From positions 62,001 through 126,000 of the forward strand of contig CBFDEM010000053.1 in assembly GCA_965603825.1 (NCBI GenBank): DNA of 64,000 nucleotides. The letters run 5' to 3'. The position numbers were made by a program, and so were the translations under genes. Shown piece by piece: positions 8,744 through 19,691 of the stretch. Below the pieces are notes generated by a model, which was given only the letters and a program-made list of their open reading frames with translations, ran no database searches and had not been told where the DNA came from. Each line of letters opens with the position of its first letter. Positions within the stretch are counted from its first letter, which is position 1. This stretch comes from Blepharisma stoltei ATCC 30299 (taxonomy: Eukaryota > Protista > Ciliophora).

Positions 8744-11700
8744 CTAAAAGTTAAGCTTAAAATGGCTATTTATCTCTTGATTGGTAGGAATTTTTAAATC
8801 CTCGCAAGGATTTCTAGTATCTAATACATTTTTCAATTTTGATGCCTAAATAAAAATTACTATTTCATTTATTACATCGTTTTCTAAACTTACAGACTCT
8901 GTAATCCAATTGTCTAAATCAGCATAAGCTTCTTCGATTTTTTCGGTATATTTTTGGATGCTATTAGTTGCCCATTTTTCTATCAGCCTGCATCTGAATA
9001 TAAATATTTCATTATTTCTTTCGATTTCAGCTAGGTCAGAAACTATTGATTTCTTAGCAGTTTCTATTAAAAGATTCAAAGCAGGAAAACTTTCACCTGC
9101 TTGAACCTCAAGATTCCAATTAATTTTTAAAATTGGTGTTGAATATTCAGAAAATTCAGTTTCGGTCGTAAGTGCTTTAAATAAATGAATCAGGTTCAAT
9201 ATCGAATAATATTTATTGATTTCAACCTGCAGTAATTGCCTAGCAAGCTTGATGATCCCAGTTAATTCTTTATTTAGGGGAGATTCATTCATAATTTCTT
9301 CTCTATGAGAAATTGCATCTATTTTCCTTTGATCTGTAATATCCCATAGCAAATCGATCAGTTCTCCTATTTCAGCATAAGTTTGACTTAACTCGGAAGA
9401 GCTAAACACTGTTTTCGTGACAACAATCCCGTTTAATCCATTTAAGAAATTTTTTACAATGTTTTCTTTATCATCATTTCTTTCTAAAAATTCTCTAAAC
9501 TCATTTCCCATTTCTTGCAAATGTGTCAAATATCTTTCTCAGTGCATATCCACTAATTTCAATGAAAACCCGATTTCTTTTAAATATTGAAATTTCATTG
9601 TCTCCCATTTATCAGCTATAAGTTTTGCACTATCATTGCTTAAAAGTAATGTTTGCCCATTAAAAACAATAGTGCTATCTTCTTCTTTGTTTATAGGCTG
9701 AGATTTAATTACAGATATATCAGCCAATCTTTTTTTAATAATTTCAGTAACAGCCTCAATAGGCTGATCTGCATCAAAAAATAGTAGAGTTTCCCATCTG
9801 TCCCCAAATTCACTGAAACATCGATATAGCTCTTCTTTTCTTTCATTAAAATCTTGTATTTCCTTTTTTAATTCTTCTTCTGTAGGCTTATCAATTGGTT
9901 TGCATTTATTTAGAATATTGTCAGGTGGTGGACGATATGTTAGATTATAAACATTTCCACTATTGTCTACTCTTCTATCAACACATCTTCTAATTAAAGT
10001 ATTTTTTTCTACATCAAGCCAAATTACTAAATCAAAAACGGTTCTAAACGGTTTTGGAGGAGGATACTCTTTTGGAGAAGGAAATGCAATAATTTGTGCT
10101 TCGCGTTTTTTAATAGATGATACAGACTCTGGAAGTTCTGAAGGATGAATAAACCCCCCTAGTTCTTTTTCAATATCAATTGCTTCTTCAGCTGAGCTTG
10201 GATAGCTTAAAATAGCAAAGCCTTGACACTTGACTTCTTCTTTTTTTCCAGGCTTTTTAACTTCTTCCTCTAATTTTGGTTCATCACCAAACACTCCTCT
10301 GAGCCTTCCTCTTAATAACTTTGATCTTCCATTTGCTGTTTCTGTACTATTTTCTAATGCTGCCTGTATAAAAATTTCTGGCTCTTCTTCAGCTAGTTTT
10401 CGTCTTTTAGGATCCTCAGGCTCTGATTTTCTTTGGACCACTTTTGCAGCATCATCTATAATCTTTTGCATTTCAAATATTTTAAGCCCAAACAATTCCT
10501 GTAGTTTTTTGGATTGAGTTTTTTTACCTGAAAAAGGTGGGCCAATTATGCAGATTTTGTAGGGAAGATAATGAGGCCCAGGAGGAAATGGAGGCAATGG
10601 ATCTGGAGGATAAGCAGCGTCCATTACAACTTCAATAATATCGCCAAGGTATTCATCATTTGGCACATTTTCAGCTTCCCATATGCCTTCTGCATTTAAA
10701 TAGTCATTTAATTCTTTTTTTTCAATTTGTACAGAAGTCTTGGGTTCTCCAAATTCATCAGTTTCTTCTGCAACTTCAGAAATATTAGCTTGGTCTATTA
10801 GAGAGTTAGATTCTTCAGCCCATGGCGGAAGTCCTTCTTTGAATTTTTCCATTCATCCATTTCATATTTTTTCAGGTATTTTTGGGTTTTCTTTCAAATA
10901 ATTCGCAGACTCTTCTGCTAAATCTAAAATTAAATTCATGACTGGGCCGCATTCTTTTTGGTGCTTTTCCCTGCTAGCTTTCATTCCTTCAATGATTTTT
11001 CTTTTAATTTCTAGCTTTTTCTCAGGAAGCTCTTTGAGAATCTTTGCATTCATTTCTTCAATTTCTAATTGCCGCTGAGCTTCAATTGGTCCTCATTTTT
11101 GCATACTTTTTTCCATAATTTCTTTGATATTTTTCTCTGCTTCTTGGGTATCTTTGATAAACTTTGAAAATTTTTTTACTTTTTTGATTCCAAATCCAAG
11201 AATGTTATAAATTGGTTTTGCTAAGCCTTCAACAATTGCTTTTATATGGTTTCTATAAATATCAATTTTTTTAGTTCTTAGCTGCTCGACATGGATTTTT
11301 CTTTGCCTTATTTCTTTCTCTTTTGCAGCCTGAACATTTTTGCTTTTATTTTCCTTAATTTTTGCCATAGTTACAGCAGCTTCAGTTTGCAAATTTTGTT
11401 TCTGTTTTTTCCTTTCAGGCTCATCGCTGACATGATCAATCCCTAATCTTGTCATATTTCTTTCGAATTCATCAATACTGTTTTCAGCATCCAAAGCATT
11501 CCCATCAATATATTTGACCTGAGTAGTTTTGAAGTCTTGTGCTAATTTTGTTTTCAATTCAAATTCCTTTTGTTTTCTCGAAGCTAAATTAGACTGATTT
11601 TTCTTTCACTCTTTTTTCCCTTCTTCTTCCCATTGCTGCATAAACAATTTATTTTCTTTTATCGCATCTAAATGAGCTTTTCTTGCCTCTCCTTGTAATT

Positions 11701-12145
11701 TTTTAATAACTTCTTCCGTCTTTTGGTGGTCTTCGTAGGCCTGTTTAGATTGTTTTATTCTTTCTTCTTCAAACTTTTGCAGTCGTTGAGCCATCCTTTC
11801 CGTTTTTGAAATTAATTTAATAGAAACTGCTGATTTAGGTTTTGCAGCTAGTAGAGCGCGAGGATCTAGAGTATGAAGAGCTTTAAATAAGTTGCTAAGC
11901 ACCTTTTTAGAATATCCAAATTCCTTGTTTATAAGCCTTTGTGGATCGAATTTTAATCTTAGCCTTTCAAAGGACAGCTGGACTTTTGCTAAATTGCTTG
12001 AAGCAAATTTTGGTTTGTTGATAAATTGGCCAAAATCTTCTTGGCGATCATATCTGTATAAAATTTGGCCTAGCAAATAGCCATTAGAGAAGTCTTCTTC
12101 ATAATTTGAGATGGAAAATCCTAAATCTGCAAGTCAATTTTCCAT
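8744..12145 (-). CDS. SPEF2: SPEF2-like ciliary central-pair protein (CH domain, adenylate-kinase-like P-loop), about 1128 aa, 6 TGA=Trp, one 15-nt intron
   Basis: Five ORF-track fragments lie in one frame separated only by TGA. Start MEN(W)LADLGFS..FSNGYLLGQIL matches the SPEF2 CH domain; P-loop GPPFSGKKT. Intron 8846-8860; stop TAG at 8744-8746. Confidence 0.85.
8846..8860 (-). other. 15-nt spliceosomal intron (GTAATTTTTATTTAG)
   Basis: GT..AG with A at position 10; removal deletes an in-frame TAG and extends the ORF by 33 codons. Confidence 0.7.
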
Positions 12146-13144
12146 TTTTATTAATTTATCAAATTAGAAGGGAAGCAGATAGCTTTACAATCTAGAAAAT
12201 ATTAAAATAACGATTCATAATTATTTGTATAGAGAAATAAAATATTCATGATATATTCATTATGAAATGAAAAATTATTTTTAAAAGTTAAATCACTAAA
12301 ATAAATGGGCATCTATATAAAAAAATATTGGAAAATAAGAGAATTTAATTGCGCTTTAAGAATCCTTAATGATTTATTTTAAATTTGCCATTTGACTGCT
12401 ATAAATTAGGGAAAATTTATAAAGTGATTTTTAGCTGGCAAATTAATAAGCATAATTTCAAATTTTTTTGTCTTAATGAGCCAACTCTATTAAAAGAGCT
12501 TATATATATGCTTCCTTGATAGCAGAGAAAAAGTTGGAAGCTTTTATTATAATTTAGCGAATAAAGTATAATTATAAGTAGACTTTTCTAAGAAAAGGAA
12601 AATTGTAATTATTCACAAAAATTAATTAATCATTTAATGAGCTTCCAAAACTATAAATAATTATGTAAGTCAGTTTGATAAAAATTAATTCACATGCATC
12701 AGTTATGAATGCTTTCAACACAATTAATTATGCAGCTAATGGATTAATTGTTCAACAATCCATTCATCTAAAATAAAGAATTTACAAATTGCATATCAAT
12801 TTTTAACTTAAAATTAAATTTGAGAAACGAAAAAATTGAGATTTTAGTACAAAAAATCCACAAGCAGTATTATGAATACTCAAAATTAACCTAATAATAA
12901 TTTAATTTAAATTAGGCATAAGTTTCTAACAAAATGAGCCATTCGAATAAAATTTATTTAAAACGGCTTAAAAATTCAAAGGTAATAAATATGGATGGAT
13001 AAGCCTAAATTCGCTTTGAATTTCAATGAGATTTGGCATTTTTTATGATAGTTCATTGATGATCAATGAATCCAATTTATGTTGCTTAATTTATTATATA
13101 CAATGCGTGATTAACTTAATTAGAATGCTAATTTACATTGTAAG

Positions 13145-13939
13145 TTACAAAATAGCTTGTAAAGTTTGATTAGCTTCAAAAAGAAATTTGAGTTTTAAAT
13201 CAATGCTATTTCTGGAAAGATCTAGATATTTCAAGGAGAAAAAGTTCTTAGCGATATATTTTGCTCCGATGTCAGAAATCATATTTTCACAAGCATCAAG
13301 AGCCTTGAGGTTAGGAAGATAGCACCAAATTTTACCCAAAGTAAAAATTCCTTCATCTTCAATCAAATTTTGCTTTAAACTTAAAACCTCTAAACCTTCT
13401 AATTTTGCCAAATTTTCACATAAATACTTCATACCATAGGATTTTATATTATTTCTGTCCAGGTACAGCTCTTTAAGTTTCTTTAAATGCTTAAATGGAT
13501 TTAATTGTTGAATCCCATCAGCAGAAAACCTGTTCCCCTCGACTCCCAAAACCTCAAGATTAATCATTTGTGCAATAGAATGGGATAGTCTTTTAACATG
13601 AACATTCATTATTTCAATGTTACTTAGCTTGAGAATTTTTATATGTGTAAAATAAGATGTTATCATCTCAAAGTGATAAACACCATCTAAACCAAATGAA
13701 ACAAAATTTAAATTAATTTCGTCCATATCAATTTCTTCGTGAACAAAAATTGCTTCAAAAATACTTTTAAAAGATGATGGCATTTTTGAATTGCTTGCAT
13801 AGTAAGATAATAAAAGTTTTGAATTTGGCTTAATAGGCGAGTCTAAATATTGATTTTCATCTGCTGTTGATACAGAAAGAGCCGAAACTTTTGGCTTGAT
13901 CACTCTTGTTTTTGATTTATGTTGTTGGCAACAGCCCAT
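13145..13939 (-). CDS. Leucine-rich-repeat (RI-like) protein with N-terminal MGCC acylation motif
   Basis: Repeated LxxLxLxxNxI units: LKELYLDRNNI, LEVLSLKQNLI, LKYLDLSRNSI. Confidence 0.85.
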   Translation of the reverse strand: MGCCQQHKSKTRVIKPKVSALSVSTADENQYLDSPIKPNSKLLLSYYASNSKMPSSFKSIFEAIFVHEEIDMDEINLNFVSFGLDGVYHFEMITSYFTHIKILKLSNIEIMNVHVKRLSHSIAQMINLEVLGVEGNRFSADGIQQLNPFKHLKKLKELYLDRNNIKSYGMKYLCENLAKLEGLEVLSLKQNLIEDEGIFTLGKIWCYLPNLKALDACENMISDIGAKYIAKNFFSLKYLDLSRNSIDLKLKFLFEANQTLQAIL

Positions 13940-14757
13940 TTATATTATTAATTTCAAAATCTCCAATATAAGATATCTGAATTTTAAGGAAAAATTAATG
14001 AAGCCAAAGACTCAATTAAGTAAAGGAGCTAGTTATATGGAATTTTTAAATTTTTTTTCTCAAATTAAGGCCTAAAATTTACCTTAATTAATGATGCTGA
14101 GAGATCTGAAACGGATGTTTCTTTAAGAGCTTAAAGAAGCAGCTCTTCTTTACTATCAGAATTATCCATAGCTTAGGGCTTGAAAGATTATTATTTTATT
14201 TGGTAATTCACAGTTGCCATGAAACAATTAAAAATGGGAAGCACATCACAAGATTTGAAAAATCATCAGAAATTGCTTGCAAGATCTAATTATTCGGGTG
14301 GCTATGTATGCATTATAAGAAATCAATTGTTAAATATTAGAAAATACATACTCCAAGTTATTTAGCGTTTTGTTTCATATAAACTGGGTTATTGGGTTAA
14401 ATTTTTTAAAAATTAACATCAGAATGACAATTTTTTAGATTTGTTTCTGGCGTTTTGCTGCTTTATTTTATTTGACTAATGCTATATAATATTGAGATCC
14501 AAGCTCCTACATATTTCTGGAAAATTTCTATCAGAATTCCATTTTGAATTTCTAAAATAAACATAATTGACATAATGATTATCATTAAGATTGAAATAAT
14601 TATTTCAGTGTTAAATGCTTTTAATAAATCATAAACATTTCGAAATCCAATACTTTATTAGTTTGTATTCCTATCACTGCTTACTTTTAGTTTAAATTTA
14701 TTTTATATCTTCACCTAATTTAAATAAAATCTTTAAAATTAATTTAATAGAATACAA

Positions 14758-16213
14758 TTATTCCGTAAATAAGGATTGCAAATATACTATATCTTCAGCC
14801 ATTTTTGAATTATATTCCTTACCTCCATATACAAAAGAATCAAAAGGAACTGACTTATCTGTTTCTCATTCTTTGATTTTTTCTCTTGTTTTTTGATTTA
14901 TTTTATATATTCTTAAAATTTTACGTTTTCTTTCGTTTATATCAGTACTTTCACTTATATTTTTAATAAGATTTTCTCGATAATGTACTTCTTTTAATAG
15001 CGTGGCTGTTAGATTTCTCGCATCATATAACTCTAGCAATTTTATTAAAAGCTTTCTAGCTGTAATACAATTGGGTGGATTAAACATAGCTTGAAATTGC
15101 TCTACATCCTTTTTAGTGCCTAAAAGCTCGATTAAAAGTAATTCTAGAGTCCTAAGCCCTTTAAAATGTAGTAATGCACATTCATCGAGGTCTCCAGGAA
15201 TGTTGTTTAATATAAGTTTAATTTCATCTTCAGACATCCTTTCATCGTTAGGTACTGTGTTGTTGCTTAATTGAAAATTTAATAAAGATTTCTTTCAATC
15301 ATCAGTCAGCTTAATATCGGTGTTATCTAAAAAGCTTTCAACTTCTAAGGGTGATGATTCTGTAATAGCTAAAACTTCTGGAGAAGCACTTTGAGATCTC
15401 CTAGTATTCCCTGTAAATTTTTCTTGGAATTTTCTAAGCTTTTTTTTGTGTTCGTCTTTGGGCTTATAGCTTTGCTTCGAACAATTGCTAAATTTTCTGA
15501 TTCTTGGTGTCTTTGAATTTTTCGCAGAAAATGATCCTATTTTTTCGGATTTTGGTGTTTTATTATGTTCAGTTTTTAATGGAATTAAATCCAGCAGCAT
15601 TTTCGGCTTTGTCTTGAACTCTGTGATTACTTTATTCCATACTTCTGGTTTATTTATGTATCTGATTTCGTTCATAATCAGTTCAGCTTCTCCTGCTTGA
15701 CATCATGAATCTGCAGCTCTTGGCCTTAAGCATAGAGAAATATTTCTCTTATTTCTTGAGTTTCTTCATATATTTCTTAGCTGATTTTTTTCTTCATAAC
15801 TCTGAGGATTCTAAATTCGATCTTACAAATATTTTTTTCAATTTGCTTTTTGGCGAGTATTTATACATGATTCTTATGGAATTTTTAAAGGTTTGGTTGT
15901 TGAAATCGTTAGAAATTTCGGTGTTATCTTGAATTGTTGATATGCTGTCATTCGTTCTTTCTGTTTTTAATATTTTTACGGGTCTATTATGCGGGGTGAG
16001 TTTTTCAACTGTGTTTTCTTTCATAGGCATTTCTTCAAAAATTGGCTTATTACGAGCTCTTCGTTTTGAAGCTGAAAGTTTCGGAGATTGACTGTGAAAA
16101 TCATTTCTTGAGAGAGTAGAGTCTAAATATTCTGAAGGATATAAAGAATTCACAATAGATTGAAAATTTACTTGCTCAGAAGATTGCATTGATTGAGTAA
16201 ATTTCTGATTCAT
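14758..16213 (-). CDS. Hypothetical protein (about 479 aa; 16-nt intron, 4 TGA=Trp) with helical C-terminal domain
   Basis: Intron 15811-15826 shifts the 16213 frame into that of ORFs 15295..15675 and 14866..15237. C-terminus (W)ETDKSVPFDSFVYGGKEYNSKMAED, then TAA at 14758. Confidence 0.7.
15811..15826 (-). other. 16-nt intron (GTAAGATCGAATTTAG)
   Basis: Required to join two frames; GT..AG with A at positions 10 and 11. Confidence 0.75.
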
Positions 16214-16341
16214 TGCGATTCAAAATTATATGAATTATTTAATATATATTTCATAGGGCTATAATTGTTGAATTTTGTGAACTAGTATTTTACTATATTA
16301 ATTCTTATAAATTATAGCAAAAATTAGACTATAAACATTGA

Positions 16342-16932
16342 TTATCTAGTTAATTCCTCTTCTTCTGTAGTTTCTTCTCCATTATCGGGGTTTTCGTCCC
16401 TAAAAATAGTGTCAATCATTTCATCTAATGTCTGCACAGTGCTTGACACAGTCGCTTCATCTTCACTGTTCTCGACTTCAAAACTGCTATTTTTATTTAC
16501 ATACAAAAGATCACCATTCGGACTTTTTCTTATAGTTTCGAATTCTTCGGTTATTTTTTCTATAATTTCTTCTCTATTGATCTTAATTTCGTACCCAAGT
16601 TTGGCTAGTTCTTTATCTTCTTTTTCTTTATAGTCCTTAATTTCATTTTCAAGGGCATTTTTTTCATATTCCAAAGCTCGCAATTGGTCCATCATTGAGT
16701 TTGTTAGCTCTTGCTCTGAGAGATTTTGGCTTCGTTTGAATTCGATAGAAATTTTTAGATCTCTTTCAGCTTTTCTAAGGTCTATTAAAAGTCCTTTATT
16801 CCTTGCAAACAATGCAGGAAGGATTGCAATATCATTACTTGATTTTGCTGTGAAGATTGCATCGATATTTTGCTTAAAGCGATTAATGCAATTCAAAACC
16901 TTATTGTGTAACTTTCTAGTGCTATCGTCCAT
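16342..16932 (-). CDS. Coiled-coil protein, weakly like the THOC5/FMIP N-terminal region
   Basis: 196-aa ORF. LIDLRKAERDLK..QLRALEYEKNALENEI resembles the THOC5 pattern LxxLxYExxHLxxEI by eye only. Confidence 0.55.
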   Translation of the reverse strand: MDDSTRKLHNKVLNCINRFKQNIDAIFTAKSSNDIAILPALFARNKGLLIDLRKAERDLKISIEFKRSQNLSEQELTNSMMDQLRALEYEKNALENEIKDYKEKEDKELAKLGYEIKINREEIIEKITEEFETIRKSPNGDLLYVNKNSSFEVENSEDEATVSSTVQTLDEMIDTIFRDENPDNGEETTEEEELTR

Positions 16933-17328
16933 ATTATTATATGTACCAGAATTTGCGCCATATTAGTTTTGGGAGTTCTCAAGCTAGAAGGAAGCTCATT
17001 GCCTCATCAGAATTTCAAATCATATGCCATTTTAAGATATAGATACTTGCCATGGGTCTTTGATACTATATTTTGTAGCAAGTGCTTTACTTCAAGCATG
17101 AAATAAATTTTATTGTTTATAAGCTTGGGAGAAAAATGTAAAATTTTATAACTATAGAATATTGCTTCAGAGATCAAACGATATGAACCTTAAATCAAAA
17201 ATTATCTCAACTCAAATAAAAAAAAACGAATTATAAAGATGGGTCGCTTTATCAGATTCCCCATTTTTATATAAGAATAATATCAATTTTTTATATTTTC
17301 TAAATATCTTATCATTTTTATGATAAAA

Positions 17329-18249
17329 TTAAGAACTCACATTATAATAAGTAGAATAATCATATGCAATCCCATTGAAATTTTGCTTACAAAGATTTCC
17401 AAGTTCAAGGGTTCTGCTAAAGCATTGCTCGCCACCAATAAAATCTATAATACCTACTGCTGTCAAAGTCACAGCATTATTTATGATAATGCGTCCCATT
17501 ATTACCATATCCAAACCAAATAAGTAAGGTACGTTATATCTTTGGCAATTTTCTATTAGTTCATTGACCAGTTCATCCAATCCACCTTCTCCAGGAACTT
17601 TTTCAATATTTGGAGCAATTATAACTAATTTTGCCTTATTTTTCATGACACTTCTATTGCACTCCTTCAGCCCTTTTACTATTTTTTTTTTAACTCTCGC
17701 ATTTTTTTCTTTCTTTTTATTATAAAAAGCTATTAATGTAGATAGCAGTTCTTCTAAACGATTGTCAAGCTCATGAGTTAAAATTTGGTTAACATATTCA
17801 CGACAGAAAAAATTTTTTGGCCTACGGGATTCGTCTTTTCCTTCTTCTTTGCGGTTTTCTTTAATTATTGATTTTAGCTTGGAAGGCTTTTTAGGGACAA
17901 CTTTATAGCAGCCAGAGTGAAGATCTTTTTTGGGAATTCGAGCAGTAACTGCCTGGCCATCAACAATAATTCTAGCTTTTACCATTGGGTTTGAAGGTGC
18001 AGCAGATATTGGTAGATATTTGTCTTTGAGATTTTTATTAGCGACTTTTGGAGGATCAGATAATATAATGTGTTCCAGAACGATTTCTGATAGCTGGAAT
18101 CCAGTTTTTTTAGCTGTTTTGTCAGCTTTTCTTTCTTTCAGCTCTTGCAAAGCTTCTTGTTTGGCGTTTTTGGGCTTTTGGATATTTAAAGGAGTGCTAG
18201 GCGAGAATGGGATAAATTCAGGTGCATCTAAATTAAATCCGTAGGACAT
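17329..18249 (-). CDS. SECISBP2: SECIS-binding protein 2 (K-rich Sec-incorporation region plus L7Ae domain)
   Basis: KKPSKLKSIIKE matches SBP2 KKPTSLKKIILKE. REYVNQILTHELD..L.ELL..L, KIVKGLKE, KLVIIAPNIEKVPGEGGLDE and VPYLFGL follow the SBP2 L7Ae pattern. N-terminal FNLDAPEFIP is PAM2-like. Confidence 0.85.
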   Translation of the reverse strand: MSYGFNLDAPEFIPFSPSTPLNIQKPKNAKQEALQELKERKADKTAKKTGFQLSEIVLEHIILSDPPKVANKNLKDKYLPISAAPSNPMVKARIIVDGQAVTARIPKKDLHSGCYKVVPKKPSKLKSIIKENRKEEGKDESRRPKNFFCREYVNQILTHELDNRLEELLSTLIAFYNKKKEKNARVKKKIVKGLKECNRSVMKNKAKLVIIAPNIEKVPGEGGLDELVNELIENCQRYNVPYLFGLDMVIMGRIIINNAVTLTAVGIIDFIGGEQCFSRTLELGNLCKQNFNGIAYDYSTYYNVSS

Positions 18250-18293
18250 TTATTTAAAATTATAATTATTTTCAATTGCATTAAGCAGCTTTA

Positions 18294-19376
18294 CTAAAAA
18301 TACAAAGCCACTTCTTGCTCCTGCATTTTATAATCGCTATTCTCTTCATCATCGTCAATTTCTTTATCCTCTCTTCTTTGAAAGCTTAAATCTTGAATGG
18401 GTAAAAATCCATTCGAATTCTTCAAATATTCAGCTACCAAATTATTATTTCTCTCATAAAGTTCTGAACTGGGTGGTAGGATTATTTTCCCCTCGTCTAT
18501 CGAATTTTCAAGCTTTTTAGCTCATTTATCTATATAATCTGGATCAATATTGCAAGTATTTGCGGCCATATCTTTACTATTTGTTTTGTAGTAATAATAC
18601 AATGAATTTCGGATAGTATCTCTTGGGATTTCTCCTTCAGATTGTATAGCATCTTCATCACTCAGTTCTTTTCCTTCACTTGCATCATTGATTCAATGCT
18701 GAAGCCTATAAAATGGCATTCCTAATTCATTAGCCAAATTTTGTTTTGAGGCACCTTCAGATATTTTGTTTACTATAATTTGTTTAGATTCAGCAGATTT
18801 TAAAAGATCATAAGGAGATAATTCTCCTAGTAAGTTCATGACCCTTTTTTTGGGGCATTTCATTTTTTTGCTAATATCTTTAATAGAAAGTCCTTGGCTT
18901 TGTAGTTTTTCACATTCAGCTTTCATTTCAGACATTTTTATTTGTATTTCTTCTGGAGCTTGCTTTCAATTACCAATACCATGTACACGATCTGGGCTGA
19001 GGTTAAACAGTTTTGCAATAAGAAGAGGGTTAACGTTTTTGGAGTATAAATCTCGAACTTTGGATTTTATTTGGTCCATATGTGCACACAGTTGTTGATC
19101 TGAATTTTTTGCTTTTTTTGCTATTGGAATGCAAGGAGGAGACTCTTTCTGGCGCTTTATTGGGAGTGAAAATTCAGGTTTTTTGTGATCTAAGGGTTGA
19201 AATTTAATAGTTTTTGAGGACTTTTTTTCTGTAAGAGGAAGCAAATGATTTTGGAAAAAGTTATACATTTCTTCATCAAAAGTTTGGATAAAGGCTTGGA
19301 ACCGAGTTTGAGCAATTCTTTGTATACCCATAAATTTTTTGAAGATCTCAATAATATCACTAGATTCTTCAGACAT
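18294..19376 (-). CDS. Four-HTH-repeat protein A (360 aa; TGA=Trp at 18966, 18693, 18522)
   Basis: Continuous frame through 3 TGA to TAG at 18294. Four HTH-like units; clear paralogue at 46833-47951. Confidence 0.8.
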
Positions 19377-19691
19377 GAATTTTATATCCCCCTAATTTTT
19401 TATTAAATATTTTTATAACTTTTTAATTTAAATAATAATTCAAAGGTTGATTTTTATTTATCTTTCCTTCACAAAAATATTTTATAAAAATATTAAATAA
19501 ATAGAACAAGATTATTTAATAAAATGGAAGAGCTTCTACAATAATTTCATTTCTTTAATGAAATGCCTTTTGCTAATAGGCAAGATTTTAAAATTTGAAT
19601 CGCATTTGATTATGAGGAAAGAAATTTAGACTAAACAGACGCCAGGGCTCTTTAGACTTATAAAATTTTAAAATAGATTAGCTTTGAAAGA

